Part shown: positions 12,201 through 24,566 of the stretch, piece by piece
Layout: every line of letters starts with the position of its first letter
How positions within the stretch are numbered: the first letter of the stretch is position 1
Origin: Haliotis cracherodii
Lineage: Eukaryota
Direction: 5' to 3'
DNA length: 64,000 nucleotides
NCBI RefSeq assembly: GCF_022045235.1
Contig: NW_027266297.1
Coordinates: forward strand, 31,062,001-31,126,000
The notes under the pieces: model-generated
Seen by the model: the letters and a program-made list of their open reading frames with translations, nothing else
Database searches by the model: none
What the model was told of the DNA's origin: nothing
Program-made: the position numbers and the translations under genes

Positions 12201-14029
12201 TTGTCAACAACACATGTCTAGTTCTTTCTAATTCAGTGAACAACCCTGATGATTATTACACATATCTAGCAGAACACTTATCTCAAATACAATTTAGAGT
12301 GGCCTCCCCTTGTTTGACACATGGAAATCCAAATAACACCAAGTAACAATGAACTAGACACACTGACAGTCTTTCCTTTAACGACTTTAGCGACTTGAGC
12401 CACTCGTCCAAAGCCCCAGTCTGTCAAATTTGGGCTTTTAAGCTCAGCTAATAATAGTCCACAGAAAAATACTAAATTCTACTGATAACGATGCTACGAG
12501 CCAAGTCAGGGTCAGAGGTCCCGAAACATTTTGGCATAGACTGCAGTGACCACCCAATGACCTTTTACCGTGGGTTAATAGATGGCAAATGGTAAAAGCT
12601 GACCACTTGTAATGTTGTAACTGTCATACACAGTAACAATCACTTATGTCCATCAGGGGGATAATGCTATTAACATCCTACATACACTCCCCAACAGGCG
12701 TGTATTGCACCTGTAAATATTGCTAGCATCCCAGTAGCCTATTTCATCATGTGTTACACACTGCAGACAAAACTATCTGTGTATGATATAAACAAATCAG
12801 ACACAGACAAGATAAATACATATACATTGACAGGACAGATGTCTTACAAGACTTTATTGTTTAAGGGGTCTGCTACTGTAAGGTAAACTGAGTAAATCAT
12901 GGTCAGTATGAGGTCATTGTATAGGTGTCTCTAACAAAGGTAGTATCAGCGTTGCTAATTGTGACTCAGGTATCGTTAATTGCAATATAATGTTTCACAT
13001 CCAAGCTTATTTGGTGGCTATGACTGAGCAGTGTTTTATGTTTCTAGATATACTGCAGTTCTTCATGGTTGGGTGATAAAGAATGGGATCCCACATATTA
13101 ACCACATGAGGACTACCCACCACTGTATTTCCTAAATGCAGTATTTCCTAGATAAAGGAGTACTTAAAAATAGGATTTTCCTTTTGTATTGGTCTTCTAC
13201 AATGTCTACATATCTATTCACAGCTCCAGAAACTGCATCTTTACAGACTGCCGTCACATAACTGGAATACGACTGAGCACAAACAAAGGAAACAAACGAT
13301 TCTATTTTCAGCCCAATACATATGACACGACCCTCAGGATGGCCATCCAATGAAACTACTGAGCAAGAGAAATTCTGTCCTCAGTTAGAGAGGACAAATA
13401 AGTCCCGGGTATCATAATACAATCAAGATGAAGCTCCCTAGACTATCAAGGATGCAGAAACTGGAACTCAATTAGATTTCCTGTACACATCATTACGAGG
13501 ATCCATAGGTCACTGGAATGAGTATGTAATACCACCACAATTTTAAAAACTAATTTCCAAGAAACCAACCATAAAAAAATGACCAGCAAAATAGAAACTA
13601 ACAATGAATCTTTCTACTTTCCCCACCCCAATTCTGTTGATGTATCCGATCCAATGTTTGCTCGGGGCATACACCAGTACAATAACAAGCCATTCAAACT
13701 ACGAGTGTAATATTTCAATGGCTGTGACTCATCCGTAACAAATATCCACAACTGTTTGTCTATGTCAAAAAGTGCATTGTGTACTGACGTGTTTTTATGC
13801 CTCTACGTGCCAACCATGAAACAAAACTCACTATATCCAAGAGGTGGGTGTACGGTGCAGTAATGCACCCAGCAACAAACACAATCCCACCCAAAGCTAA
13901 CATGCTGTCCAGATTGCAGATGATTAACAACTGTTCACAGGTCGGAGTGACATTTGCTGATATTTGACTTGTCATCTGTCACCTATGTCTGCATTATCAC
14001 CTTGTGGTCAGCTATTTGAAAGCTACAGC

Positions 14030-14150
14030 TTAGCACAGTCTAGTCCTGTGCCATGACTGTGGAATTTATATATATCATTATTTACTAAAAGCCAAGGCAA
14101 GTCTAGATCAAACTAAACCATGTCTAGTTTCCTTGATTCCATAGCAGTAG
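14030..14150 (+). repeat. Unclassified dispersed repeat I
   Basis: TAGTCCTG..CCATGACTGTGGAAT...GCAAGTCTAG shared with 54137-54330 and, reversed, 46450-46600. Confidence 0.55.
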
Positions 14151-14245
14151 AGGAAAGGTTCTTTTCGAGAGAAAAAAACCAATTATTTTAAAGAAATGTT
14201 TTCATAGACTAATATAAGTGTTGCAGCGTTAGAAACTGTCACTTG

Positions 14246-14362
14246 TCCTGCAGTCCTTGCCAAACTGTCCAATAGTTAAGGTATCATAAGGACTAGTAGA
14301 AATTTGCCGTTTTTAGGAGTTTTGCTATATGTTATCACTATATACATAAGGACTAGTCCTGT
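14246..14362 (+). repeat. Unclassified dispersed repeat E
   Basis: Reverse copy at ~28965-29077, inside a family-D SINE. Confidence 0.6.
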
Positions 14363-14483
14363 TTGGTCGGTGTTGGAAGGGGGAACTAGCCCTTATACAG
14401 AGAGAGAAGCCAATGCTCCTACATCTATGTTGCATGCTATGTTAAACCTATCTTTCCTTATACATGTACATGTAATATGACAG

Positions 14484-15135
14484 TTGACTGCATTGGTAGA
14501 TTGCATTGGTAGATTGTATTGGTGGATTGTATTAGTTCACTGCTTTGGTAGATTGCTTTGGTAGATTGTATAGATTCACTGCATTGGTAGATTGTATTGG
14601 TAGATTGTATAGATTCACTGCATTTGTAAATTGTATTTGTAGATTGTAATGGTGGATTGTATTAGTTCACTGCTTTGGTGGATTGTATTAGTTCACTGCT
14701 TTGGTAGATTGTATTGGTAGATTGTATAGATTCACTGCATTGGTAGACTGAATTGGAAGATTGTATAGATTCACTGCATTTGAAGATTGTAATGGTAGAT
14801 TGCATTGGTAGATTGTATAGATTCACTGCATTTGTAAATTGTATTTGTAGATTGTATTGGTGGATTGTATTAGTTCACTGCTTTGGTAGATTGTATAGAT
14901 TAACTGCATTAGTAGATTGTATAGATTCACTGCATTTGTAGACTGTATCAGTAGATGGTATTGGTGGATTGAATTAGTTCACTGCTTTGGTAGATTGTAT
15001 TGGTAGATTGTATAGATTCACTGCAATGGTTGATTGTATTGGGGAGATTGTATTGGTGGATCGTATTAAACCATTGTATTGGTAGATTGCATCCATTGAC
15101 TGCATTGGTTAAATTTATTGGTAGAATGCATTGAC
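14484..15135. repeat. 13-bp-based minisatellite (GGTAGATTGTATT)
   Basis: Read directly from the sequence. Confidence 0.9.
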
Positions 15136-15778
15136 TGATATTGATGGATTACAAAAAAGGCTGATGTCATTTGGTGGACTTCACTGACACATACAGATAA
15201 TATGGCAATAAAATCACTATCTGATGATATACTTTCATTACAAAAAACATCACATGAGTTCACATCTGATGAAAACCTTGGGCCACAATCATAAATACCA
15301 GTAAAAAAAGACCAACATATTTCCAACATATATTCATAACCTTGCACGGAGAAATTCAAGAAGAAAGTTTGGCACTTACACTTAACATGTTCACACACAG
15401 TCTTGACAATCTCCTGTGGATGGGGTAAGATGGTATCATTATGAGAAATAACAGTAACCATGGGAACTATCTTCATGCACCTTCCTACCTTCCTATCATA
15501 ATGAAGACAAAACGGCCAAACAAGGGAAGCACAACGTTATCTAACTTCCAATTTGTCTCAAAATTCAAAAGCTAAAGAAAAACGAATGAGAATCATGAGA
15601 CAAGTTTGAGCAATTACTCAGCATTTGTAAAGTTCATGTTCTTCTTCTGTGTTGGATGTAGATATTTCTCGGGTATTATTTTCAGACTGAAGTCACGTGT
15701 TAAAACTAAACCAAGGAAGTGATCCAGCAAATACAAGCCTTTTTTACAACACTTCTACAAAGTCAACTAGACCAATAA

Positions 15779-16007
15779 TGTTTGTTTGTTTGTTTGTTGG
15801 TGTTTAACGCCACACTCAGCAGTATTCCAGCTATATGACTGCAGTCTTTAAATAATCGAGAGATATCATGAGCATCGATCCATGCAATTGGGATATGCAT
15901 CAACCAAGTCGTAAGCCTGACCATTCCATTAGTCGGCGCTTATGACAAGCATAGTAACTTTGTATGGCGAGCAGGGTTTGCTGAAGACCTATTGTACCCC
16001 GGATCCC
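15779..16007 (-). mobile_element. SINE-like family B
   Basis: Reverse complement of 11328-11591. Confidence 0.75.
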
Positions 16008-16507
16008 AATAACATTTTAATTAGAGCTGAAAACCATATCTTAAACTTTACATAAAAAGTTGTTCCGAACCAAAATGGACAATTTTTTTTAAATATTTTA
16101 ACCAGTTTTACCTTTTCTGAAACATTTTCACAAAGACCGGACAATTTCAACAAATTTATTTTAAAAGTTGACCACCATCCACCAATGACGTTTCCATCTC
16201 ACACAAGCTCCTATCCAGGCAATTTATACATTCCTTGAAACATTTAAAGGACCATATGACCCTTGCATGATTTCATAACCTGTGCGCTACCACATCAAGA
16301 TTATGATTCATAGATCGCCAAGCTTGGGTTACCTCTAGGTTCAATACATACCCTGCACAGATAAAAAAAACACTGCCCCACATGCCACCATATCCTGGTA
16401 ACCCAGCCATGTATTTGTGATAAGCCGTATCGGATATAGCTAATATTTACACCTGTGTAAGCCCTCGAATAAAACCCCGAGCAGAAGTATACATAATGTT
16501 GCCTTTA

Positions 16508-16662
16508 AGAGTGAGTAAGTGAGTGAGTATGATTCTACGAAGCTGTTAGCAATAATTCAGCAATATCACGGTGGAGGACAGAAGAGATGGGCTTCACACA
16601 TTGTACCCATGTGGAGAATCAAACATGGACCTTCGGCGCCATGAGCAAACGCTTTAACCACC
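16508..16662 (-). mobile_element. SINE family A
   Basis: Family match. Confidence 0.75.
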
Positions 16663-17680
16663 AACGCCATTATTCCAAAGTTTTTAAAACACTGCTAAAA
16701 CCTAGATCAGCAAAAGAAATCAAATCTTGGCCACACAAATCTGTGGTTGATAGCATAAGCAGCAAACCTTACTATTGAGGTACAATCAGCTCCCAAAGTA
16801 ATCGTAGCAATAACATAAGACCTATGATAGTCATAGCGTAAACTAACGCCAAGTCTCTGAAAATATAATTTTGACAGAAACAAAAAAAATCCATTTAAAT
16901 TGAAAAGGACCCCCAGTGAACTCTAGACATGCTGGAACCACTGGAACACCCATGACCCTGCTGGTGCATGTGTGAATCACAGGGTTTGAATTGACACCAG
17001 GACAGCCAGGCTTCATTTTTAGACAGCTCTTCCAACCCTCATCCTTATGAAGGCTATTATGAGCAGTCTGTGCATGAACATTTTTTAGTCAATTATCTTG
17101 AACTTGGCTCTAAATCATCATTTTCAGATTGTCGGGTTATTAGATGGACTATTTTTCGCTTAGGATACTAGACCGAACAGAATTTTATAAGAATCCGGCT
17201 TCGGCGGAGTGACTAAAGCCACAGACTGTATGAGTAAGAACTGCGAGACTACATATTTCTTGGAAGATAGGTTTCGTTTCATACCTTGTAATAATGACTC
17301 ACCCACCCCTTGTATCAACAATACAACATAATCCAGGCACTATAAATCTATATGTTCATTACATTGTTCGGAATTACCTATTTTGTATAAAACATGGGGT
17401 GTAAAACTACTCTTGCTTTCATTCACTGATTCCTTTTTTTTTATTTCAGAGAACTTAACAATGCCTTAGGGTCAAATCTCTTCTCAAAGTATTCAAAGGC
17501 AACCTGTCAACTTGGCAAAGTATGTTTCAATAAAACTCTACGTTGCTAATACATCATATGCATACACTTGTAACACCTTTTCTCCTCCTAGCATAATACA
17601 ATAACAAAGTTGCACTCAAAAGTAGCCCGTAGTGGTTAATTTATGCCCGATTAGAGTAACCACTTCTTCAGATAGCATAC

Positions 17681-17773
17681 CGGAGTAGGCACATTGTGTT
17701 GCCCAGGGCGAATCAAGATTCTTTCATGGTCGACTTGCCACGTAGTCGCCAGAATTGCTGATCTAGGAGTCAT
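17681..17773 (-). CDS. Candidate internal alternative first coding exon MTPRSAILATTWQVDHERILIRPGQHNVPTP
   Basis: accATG start; phase-0 donor CCG|GTATGC; locally CpG-rich; no homology recognised. Confidence 0.25.
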
Positions 17774-18652
17774 GGTCGACAACAAGTCATTTTGCAGCAG
17801 ATTAATCTTATTATGTATAAGATCAAGTTTTTCCCCGTTTTTCAGCGTTAAAATACATGTGATTTTACTCATGTAGTAAACAATGGTTATCTTCATACAT
17901 GTGATTTTACTCATGTACTAAACAATGGTTATCTTTATAAAGAAAGTCACTACATGTCTGAAATATAGCCAATGATGTTTATTTTCAACTTACCGTCGAA
18001 CAAGGAAAAAACATAACTGAAAATAGTTTATTTATGTTTTAAAACATATAAACAAAGTTTATTATGATCATAGTAAATTCAAAGAATCATTTCTAGTTTC
18101 AAAGATTTTTACAGAAATCAATAATACAATTTGAAACAAATATTGATCAAGTTATGGTTGGCAAATATCCAGGAATAAACTGACCAGTTAGTGACCTAAT
18201 GACACCGACAATACCGAAATCGGTGGACAAACATCGAGCTTACCCTACGTCAATCAAACCATTAGACCGACCAATTACAGGGCCATGCTTACCTGACCGG
18301 CAATATTGACAGAACTGTTTTCGCCTCAAACAGTATTGACAGTCGTCACAAAAATAAAAGTGAAATATCCAACCCTACTCGACAACCATTACCCACTTAA
18401 CCTTATGAACTGTGTCGTCAGTCTCACTAGTTCTCACAAGTGTCGACAAGCAAAGCCATGTTACAACACTATGTCAATCCAAACTACTTGTCAATCGCTT
18501 GTCTCTGTCAATAACTGGGAGCATATTGATTGTGGTTCATGATGAATCATGTTAATGACTGTAGCATTCCTCTGCAGGAAACACTGCAAGACCTGGCGCT
18601 GCGAGTAAGTGAATGTTGTTAATTGCCTAGTCAGCAATATTTGAACAGTTTT

Positions 18653-18837
18653 GTGAGTGAGTGAGTGAGTGAGTGAGTGAGTGAGTATGGTTTACGCCGC
18701 TTTAAGCAATATTCCAGCAATATCACGGCGGGTGACACCAGAAACGGGCTTCACACATTGTACCCATGTCGGGAATCAAACCCAGGTCTTCGGCGAGACG
18801 AGCGAATGCTTTAACCACAAGGCTACCCGACTGCCCC
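18653..18837 (-). mobile_element. SINE family A, young copy
   Basis: TSD tgaacagtttt at 18642-18652 and 18840-18850. Confidence 0.9.
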
Positions 18838-18940
18838 ACTGAACAGTTTTATGATGTCGGTCTGTATATGATCCATCTGGACTAACTAAACCAGAGACTG
18901 ACAGTATGACCAACGATACAAGCCATGGAGGCACAATGAG

Positions 18941-19225
18941 TGAGTGAGTGAGTGAGTTGGGTTTAACGCCGTTTTTAACAGTATTATCAGTTATATCACG
19001 GCGTGTCAGCTTAATGTGGGAGGAAAGCCCGAAGTGATGCAGGTCACAGACGTTTACCACTTCGGTGAAACCCACGAGCATGGGTATGGTGCTGACAAAC
19101 CTAGAAACATAATCGGGGCGAACCGGGATTCGAACCCACAATCATAGGTTTCTGGCGAGCCCAAGGGACGCAACTCTGTACAGGGAATCGCGGCGCCTTA
19201 GACGACTGGGCCACCCGTGCCCCCC
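18941..19225 (-). mobile_element. SINE family C, full length
   Basis: TSD gaggcacaatgag at 18928-18940 and 19226-19238. Confidence 0.9.
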
Positions 19226-19261
19226 GAGGCACAATGAGACACAAGCAGTCAAATCTGGACA

Positions 19262-19567
19262 GGTGAGGTGAGGTCGAGGTGAGGTCGAGGTGAGGTTTAA
19301 GTGAGGTGAGGTTGAGGTTGAGGTTGAAGTGAGGTGAGGTGAGGTGAGGTGAGGTGAGGTGAAATAACGTCACGTTCAAGATTATTGCACTTATATAGCA
19401 AAGTATCAGTGTGTCTGGACTAATGCAGATTTTATAGTGCTAGCCCACTGAGATACCATGCTGTAGTTTGACATGAATACCCCACAGACACAGTATACTG
19501 ACTCCAAACCGACCAGTCCTTGTTTTAGTCCCTTAATGCTGAGCGCCAGGCAGGATAACAACAATCT
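19262..19567 (-). mobile_element. SINE family D (MetaSINE-like), 5'-truncated, with an expanded (ACCTC)n tail
   Basis: Reverse match to 58368-58732. Confidence 0.75.
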
Positions 19568-21570
19568 ATACTGAAACATCGCCTTAACAGAAATTAAGGA
19601 AGTAGTTATCCATAAATTGTGTCTACTTTGTCATCCGTCAACTTCTAAGTAATGCCTCTCGAACAATTCAATGCAATACAAGTCATAAGAAGCTATAACA
19701 TTAGTTATGGATTAAATGTACACATTAACCTGAATTTTAAAATATATCAGTCAAATCTGGAAATTTTTAATGGCATTTGAAGCCAAATTGATACCTCTGA
19801 GCAGGTCTAGACAAATTCCTGAGCATTCATACCTCTTAGAATTGAACTAAATAGCTTCAACAATAATTATCACGGCAGACACTCTCATAAGTAGGAAATG
19901 AGCTTATTGGATAAAACATTATTAGCTTGTCCAGTATCAAATTGTTCTTTCAATTCATCTGAACAATCTGGAATCCAAACACTGGAAAATCATTGAAACA
20001 TTCTTTTCACTGGATGGTGACAAATCTCAGGAATCCTATTCACAGACAAAGCAAAATCTCCCTGTAATCCCTGCTTGAAACATGTCGGTATAGCAGGACC
20101 ACTGTCATCCATTCAGAAATGCCTCGAAAAAGATTTTAGAGAAATTCCCACTTGGGTGAAATATACCTTTGCCCATGTGTGACCTAAATCCCGACCTCCG
20201 GAGCTAATACCTGCACAGACCTTAACGTGTTAGCGAAGATCAGAGATAATTGGGCTTCACTCTCACCTAGTACTGAGTGAGTCATTCTGTAGAGGACACC
20301 TTAAAGAGTGGTTACACAGTTTCACATAAGCCTCATTATCAGCGGTACATTGTTCATCTTGAAGAAACTGCTAATAGAAAAATTCTGATTTTTTATTGCT
20401 GACTCAACAGGTATAGTATTTCACCAGCTAAATCACGATTTCTAGGCAACATAATAAGTACCACTTCAGTAATTAAGGGCTTTAAAAACTTTTTCGATAA
20501 TAGAGCCTAGGCCTGGTGTTTTCTGTTAAGAAACCTGTTATATTACACAAGAAATATATACACTGGCATGGCCTTTGTAAGGGAGTGCTCACAAGATTAT
20601 GAAGCAGGGCATATCATAGGGTGAATATGGTAATTCAATAATGAATTACAGAGTTATGAAACAAACTCTTGAAATCATAATTGAACTAGATTTATCAAAC
20701 CGTACCTATGTACATAGTCAGACTAAAATGCAAGAATTATCAAAAACATGCAAGTCTGCAAACTAATCTTTTAACAAGAAAAAAAAAGAATCTTGACGCT
20801 GACACTGATGTTCTGACATAGGAGATTAACTTTCATAGAGTTGTTTTTTGATAAAAACCACATTCATTTCAATTCAAGATAAAACACCTTCTTGAGTTTG
20901 ACAAACTCAATTTACAGAGGATGGACAACTAACAGAAACTCTCCAGCGGAGATAGACTACACCTGACCGAGGATGAAAATGTCTCTGTTGCCCGTTGCAG
21001 CAACAATCTGTAGATGAACCCCCTCCATTCGTCATTACTTGCGACTTTTCTAATTCACTTGTTGAGACAACATAAAAGAACCCACACTGAAAATGTGTTT
21101 GACATTTGAACGCTCAGGAAATACAATCAGATTCTAAATATCTACCATTCTTGTTGTGTTAATTTGTACATCTCTGCTTCTAATGTGACTCAAGTCCCCT
21201 AAAAAGGACTTCAAAGTCAGGCGTTAATTTCAACCTGAGGATCATCAATTTCAACGTCAAAATCCAGGCTCGTCGTTTGAAATCGTTTCAGCCATATTTG
21301 GTCAGAGCAAATCACATCACCACCATGAAAGGATTACAAATTCTGTTCGCAACTGACGAGAACGACAGAAAACGTCATCCAATCAGACATGTTTGCACGT
21401 CGGTTTCATGTAAATAGCAGAAGGTTCCCAAGAGCTGTTTTCGTCCCCATTGCAAGGTGTGTCTGCTTGCTAACAGGGGGCGCTGTGTATGTTTCTGTGT
21501 CATGGATGAGCTGCAAAATGTCACCAGACTCGTGCAACAGCTAAAGTAACAGCTTGTCAGCAATACTCAC

Positions 21571-21632
21571 CTTTAATAAATGCTTATTGACCCATTTTGT
21601 AAATGTCTTCTTCTGAACAGCATCTCGCTGGT
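21571..21632 (-). CDS. MACF1: Spectraplakin CH1 actin-binding-domain exon: (D)QRDAVQKKTFTKWVNKHLLK
   Basis: 62-nt exon with gatttctgtttcag| acceptor and AAG|GTGAGT donor, phase 1 to 0. Peptide is the spectraplakin/plectin CH1 start (DERDRVQKKTFTKWVNKHL). Confidence 0.95.
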
Positions 21633-22720
21633 CTGAAACAGAAATCAACAGGCCATTTGAGACTTGAGTCAAATTTAATTCAGCAAGGAAGGAGGTAGTG
21701 TCTTTTAAAATTCGGTTCTGCCACAGCTGGGTAAAGATACACAGTTTTCAAATAGTCAAACACCCTGCGGAGATGAATGTTGGATGTTAACTCAATGTAT
21801 ATGGACACAAAAGCTGAGGCACAGATGGGATCTGCAAATGAGTTGACTTAGAAAGTGCATTTTGGCTTCTGCCGTGAACAATTTCCTTTGAAAAACAAAC
21901 GGCCTTAACCGTGGTACTCTTGAAATAAAACATGAGCTTCTTTGTGTTCATAAAGCATGCAGTAAAAATGTTCATCCATTCAACTCCCCATGGCATTTTT
22001 AAGCTTGTAATTAAAATTAAACTTTGAAATACAAACTACTTTCATAAACATAACCAGACTTAGAAAAGGGAAGTGATGCCAATGAGAGATATTCCTGCTA
22101 CTTTGGCTGCAGACACAAACATTGCCTTGATGATGAATGTACACTTGCATAGTGCCAAGTTCACTCAACCCAATACAGCATACATTAACTATATGTTTCA
22201 CTCTGCGCAAGTTTTCTCATCTCGGTTGTTGGAGCTCTCACTCTATACAGTGCATAGTGAATCATTGATGAGTTTATGAGTTTACGAAAGTAAGCTGGAA
22301 AGTCGACAAGCCCCATTAAACCATCCAACTCTTAATTCAAATACATATAGCAAACTTCAAACACCCAGGATTTCACGTCCAAGCCCTTCATTTGAGTGTG
22401 GAAATGAACCCTGGCCTTTGGCATGACGAGCAAACACTTTAACCACTAGGCTCCCCTGCTCCCTCTTAGTTTGAACACTGGTTAGTATTACCTGATAGTA
22501 AGTGTGAGTGTAACTTTCTCCCTGCAATAACATGAGGGTAATACCTTACATGGTCAATATACTGTCTTTGACATTCGTCAACAAATATTTTTAATTTATA
22601 TCGGAAGCTGAGTAAGTAAATCTGATCCATTGACTGCAGTAATAATGGCGTTAGCGTTGTGAGCATACTTCAACGGATGGACTGTAGCATATTACAAATA
22701 TCTCTTTTTTATTATTATTA

Positions 22721-23077
22721 TGTACAGATTAAAATAATAAATGCAGCAAAGAGGGTTTGGGTTATCCTGGCACAGTCAGGTTGGTTAGGCTCATCATCAG
22801 CCCAGGGTCCTTGTCCCCTCTACACGCAGCCCAGAGAGCGAGTGGGACTTCTCCCAGGAAGCGCTGCCTAGTCAAACCCACCAGAACTTTTCAGAGAATG
22901 TGAAGACTCCCCAACACACCAGCTTTCTGCATTACCCAGATTGTCAGAAGGGCTGTATTCCTGGTAGCAAACCCAGGTACTCTCCCAATGTCAGTCAACA
23001 GATTGGAAGGTACCAAACCTAAGGCACCGAGAACATTGGGGAGTTGGACAACTTGGTACTTGGGACGCAAGCGTGAC
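22721..23077 (-). mobile_element. 5'-truncated R4/Dong-like non-LTR retrotransposon (ORF C-terminus plus 3' UTR)
   Basis: Peptide VVQLPNVLGALGLVP...MQKAGVLGSLHIL resembles the C-terminus of R4-clade ORFs; (TAA)n on both sides. Confidence 0.7.
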
Positions 23078-23108
23078 ATTATTATTATTATTATTATTAT
23101 TATTATCA

Positions 23109-23453
23109 CCGTATTTGACGTAATAAGTGCCTAGGGCGCTCTCAAAATAAGAAATAGGGGGCTCTTATTAGAATGGTATTTTGGTGGGAAAAAACAGAGT
23201 TGAAAGATAAATTTCGTGGTTTATGCTGACAGCCTGAAATGTTTATAAACGACAAATATATTTTTCCAGAATTTAATTGCCCATAATTAAGGGTACATAT
23301 AACACACGAGTGCTTATTATACACAAATAAATAAGTCTTGTGTACATTGATATATCGGAAGGGGTGCAAGTTGGGATTGTTCACTAGCCAATATATTAGC
23401 AAATATCACCGTGGGCGCTTATTAGAGCGAGCCGCTTATTACGTCGAATACGG
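23109..23453. mobile_element. pogo/Tc1-type MITE family F
   Basis: TIR CCGTATT(C)GACGTAATAAG; five copies in the window. Confidence 0.85.
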
Positions 23454-23858
23454 TTTTATTATTATTATTACTGCACTATTATTATATATTGTTCGAAAGT
23501 ACAACTCAATGTCACAATGAAGAAACAAACACTTTTGTGTGATCAATGTTGGCTACATGACGGCCATCAGGCAGTGTCAGCATGACAGCAGTCAATGACC
23601 TAGATCCATCCTAGCTGCAGATGAACATATGACATTGACGTGACAGGTGCCCTGGTGTGTGTGTCAGTCAGTGTAATAGACACATCACCTAATTGTCCTT
23701 GCATAATCAGACCCATCTATCACCATCCTACTTCTCCGGGCTGTATGGGAGGCATGACAGGGCTTTGCACATCATGCATCGCTGGATTCCAGGACTCTGT
23801 CGCGTAATATACTACCAAAATAAAGTTAAAGAACACACGATTCTTTCACATAACTACA

Positions 23859-24010
23859 GTAAACTACGGTTATAACGAACTCAAAAGGACCACTACTTTT
23901 AGTTTGTTATAACCGTGGTTCGTTATAGGCATAAAACAGCAAATGGACGGGAAGTTTGTTATATCAGTCAGTTCGTTATAAGCGTGTTCGTTATAAACAT
24001 AGTTTACTTA
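23859..24010. mobile_element. Tc1/Tigger-type MITE (CAGTAAACTACGGTTATAACGAAC TIR)
   Basis: Inverted termini flanked by TA. Confidence 0.7.
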
Positions 24011-24051
24011 TAGTTAATCTGTCGTGTAATATACTACTAAAATAAAGTTAA

Positions 24052-24566
24052 ATAACACCTGATTCTTTCATATAACTATAGTTAATCAGTTAATAACACC
24101 TGATTCTTTCATATAACTATAGTTAATCAGTTAGTAACACCTGATTCTTTCATATAACTATAGTTGATCAGTTAATAACACCTGATTCTTTCATATAACT
24201 ATAGTTAATCAGTTAATAACACCTGATTCTTTCATATAACTATAGTTGATCAGTTAATAACACCTGATTCTTTCATATAACTATAGTTGATCAGTTCATA
24301 ACACCTGATTCTTTCATATAACTATAGTTGATCAGTTACTAACACCTGATTCTTTCATATAACTATAGTTGATCAGTTAGTAACACCTGATTCTTTCATA
24401 TAACTATAGTTGATCAGTTAATAACACCTGATTCTTTCATATAACTATAGTTGATCAGTTACTAACACCTGATTCTTTCATATAACTATAGTTGATCAGT
24501 TACTAACACCTGATTCTTTCATATAACTATAGTTGATCAGTTAGTAACACCTGATTCTTTCATATA
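24052..24566. repeat. 41-bp minisatellite, ~12.5 copies (continues at 25882-25955)
   Basis: ATAACACCTGATTCTTTCATATAACTATAGTTRATCAGTTA. Confidence 0.95.

Noticed and set aside
20963-21007. 45-nt phase-0 exon candidate IVAATGNRDIFILGQ
   Set aside because: Weak donor (GTGTAG) and no similarity to CH1.
21352-21380. CTGACGA...GAAA hammerhead-like words (also near 8489 and 56903)
   Set aside because: No stem II or stem I pairing.
1-21570. Next CH1 exons (DLFEDLRDGHNL / PREKGRMRFH type)
   Set aside because: Searched by eye and not found; presumably beyond the left edge. A tBLASTn with a spectraplakin actin-binding domain would settle this.
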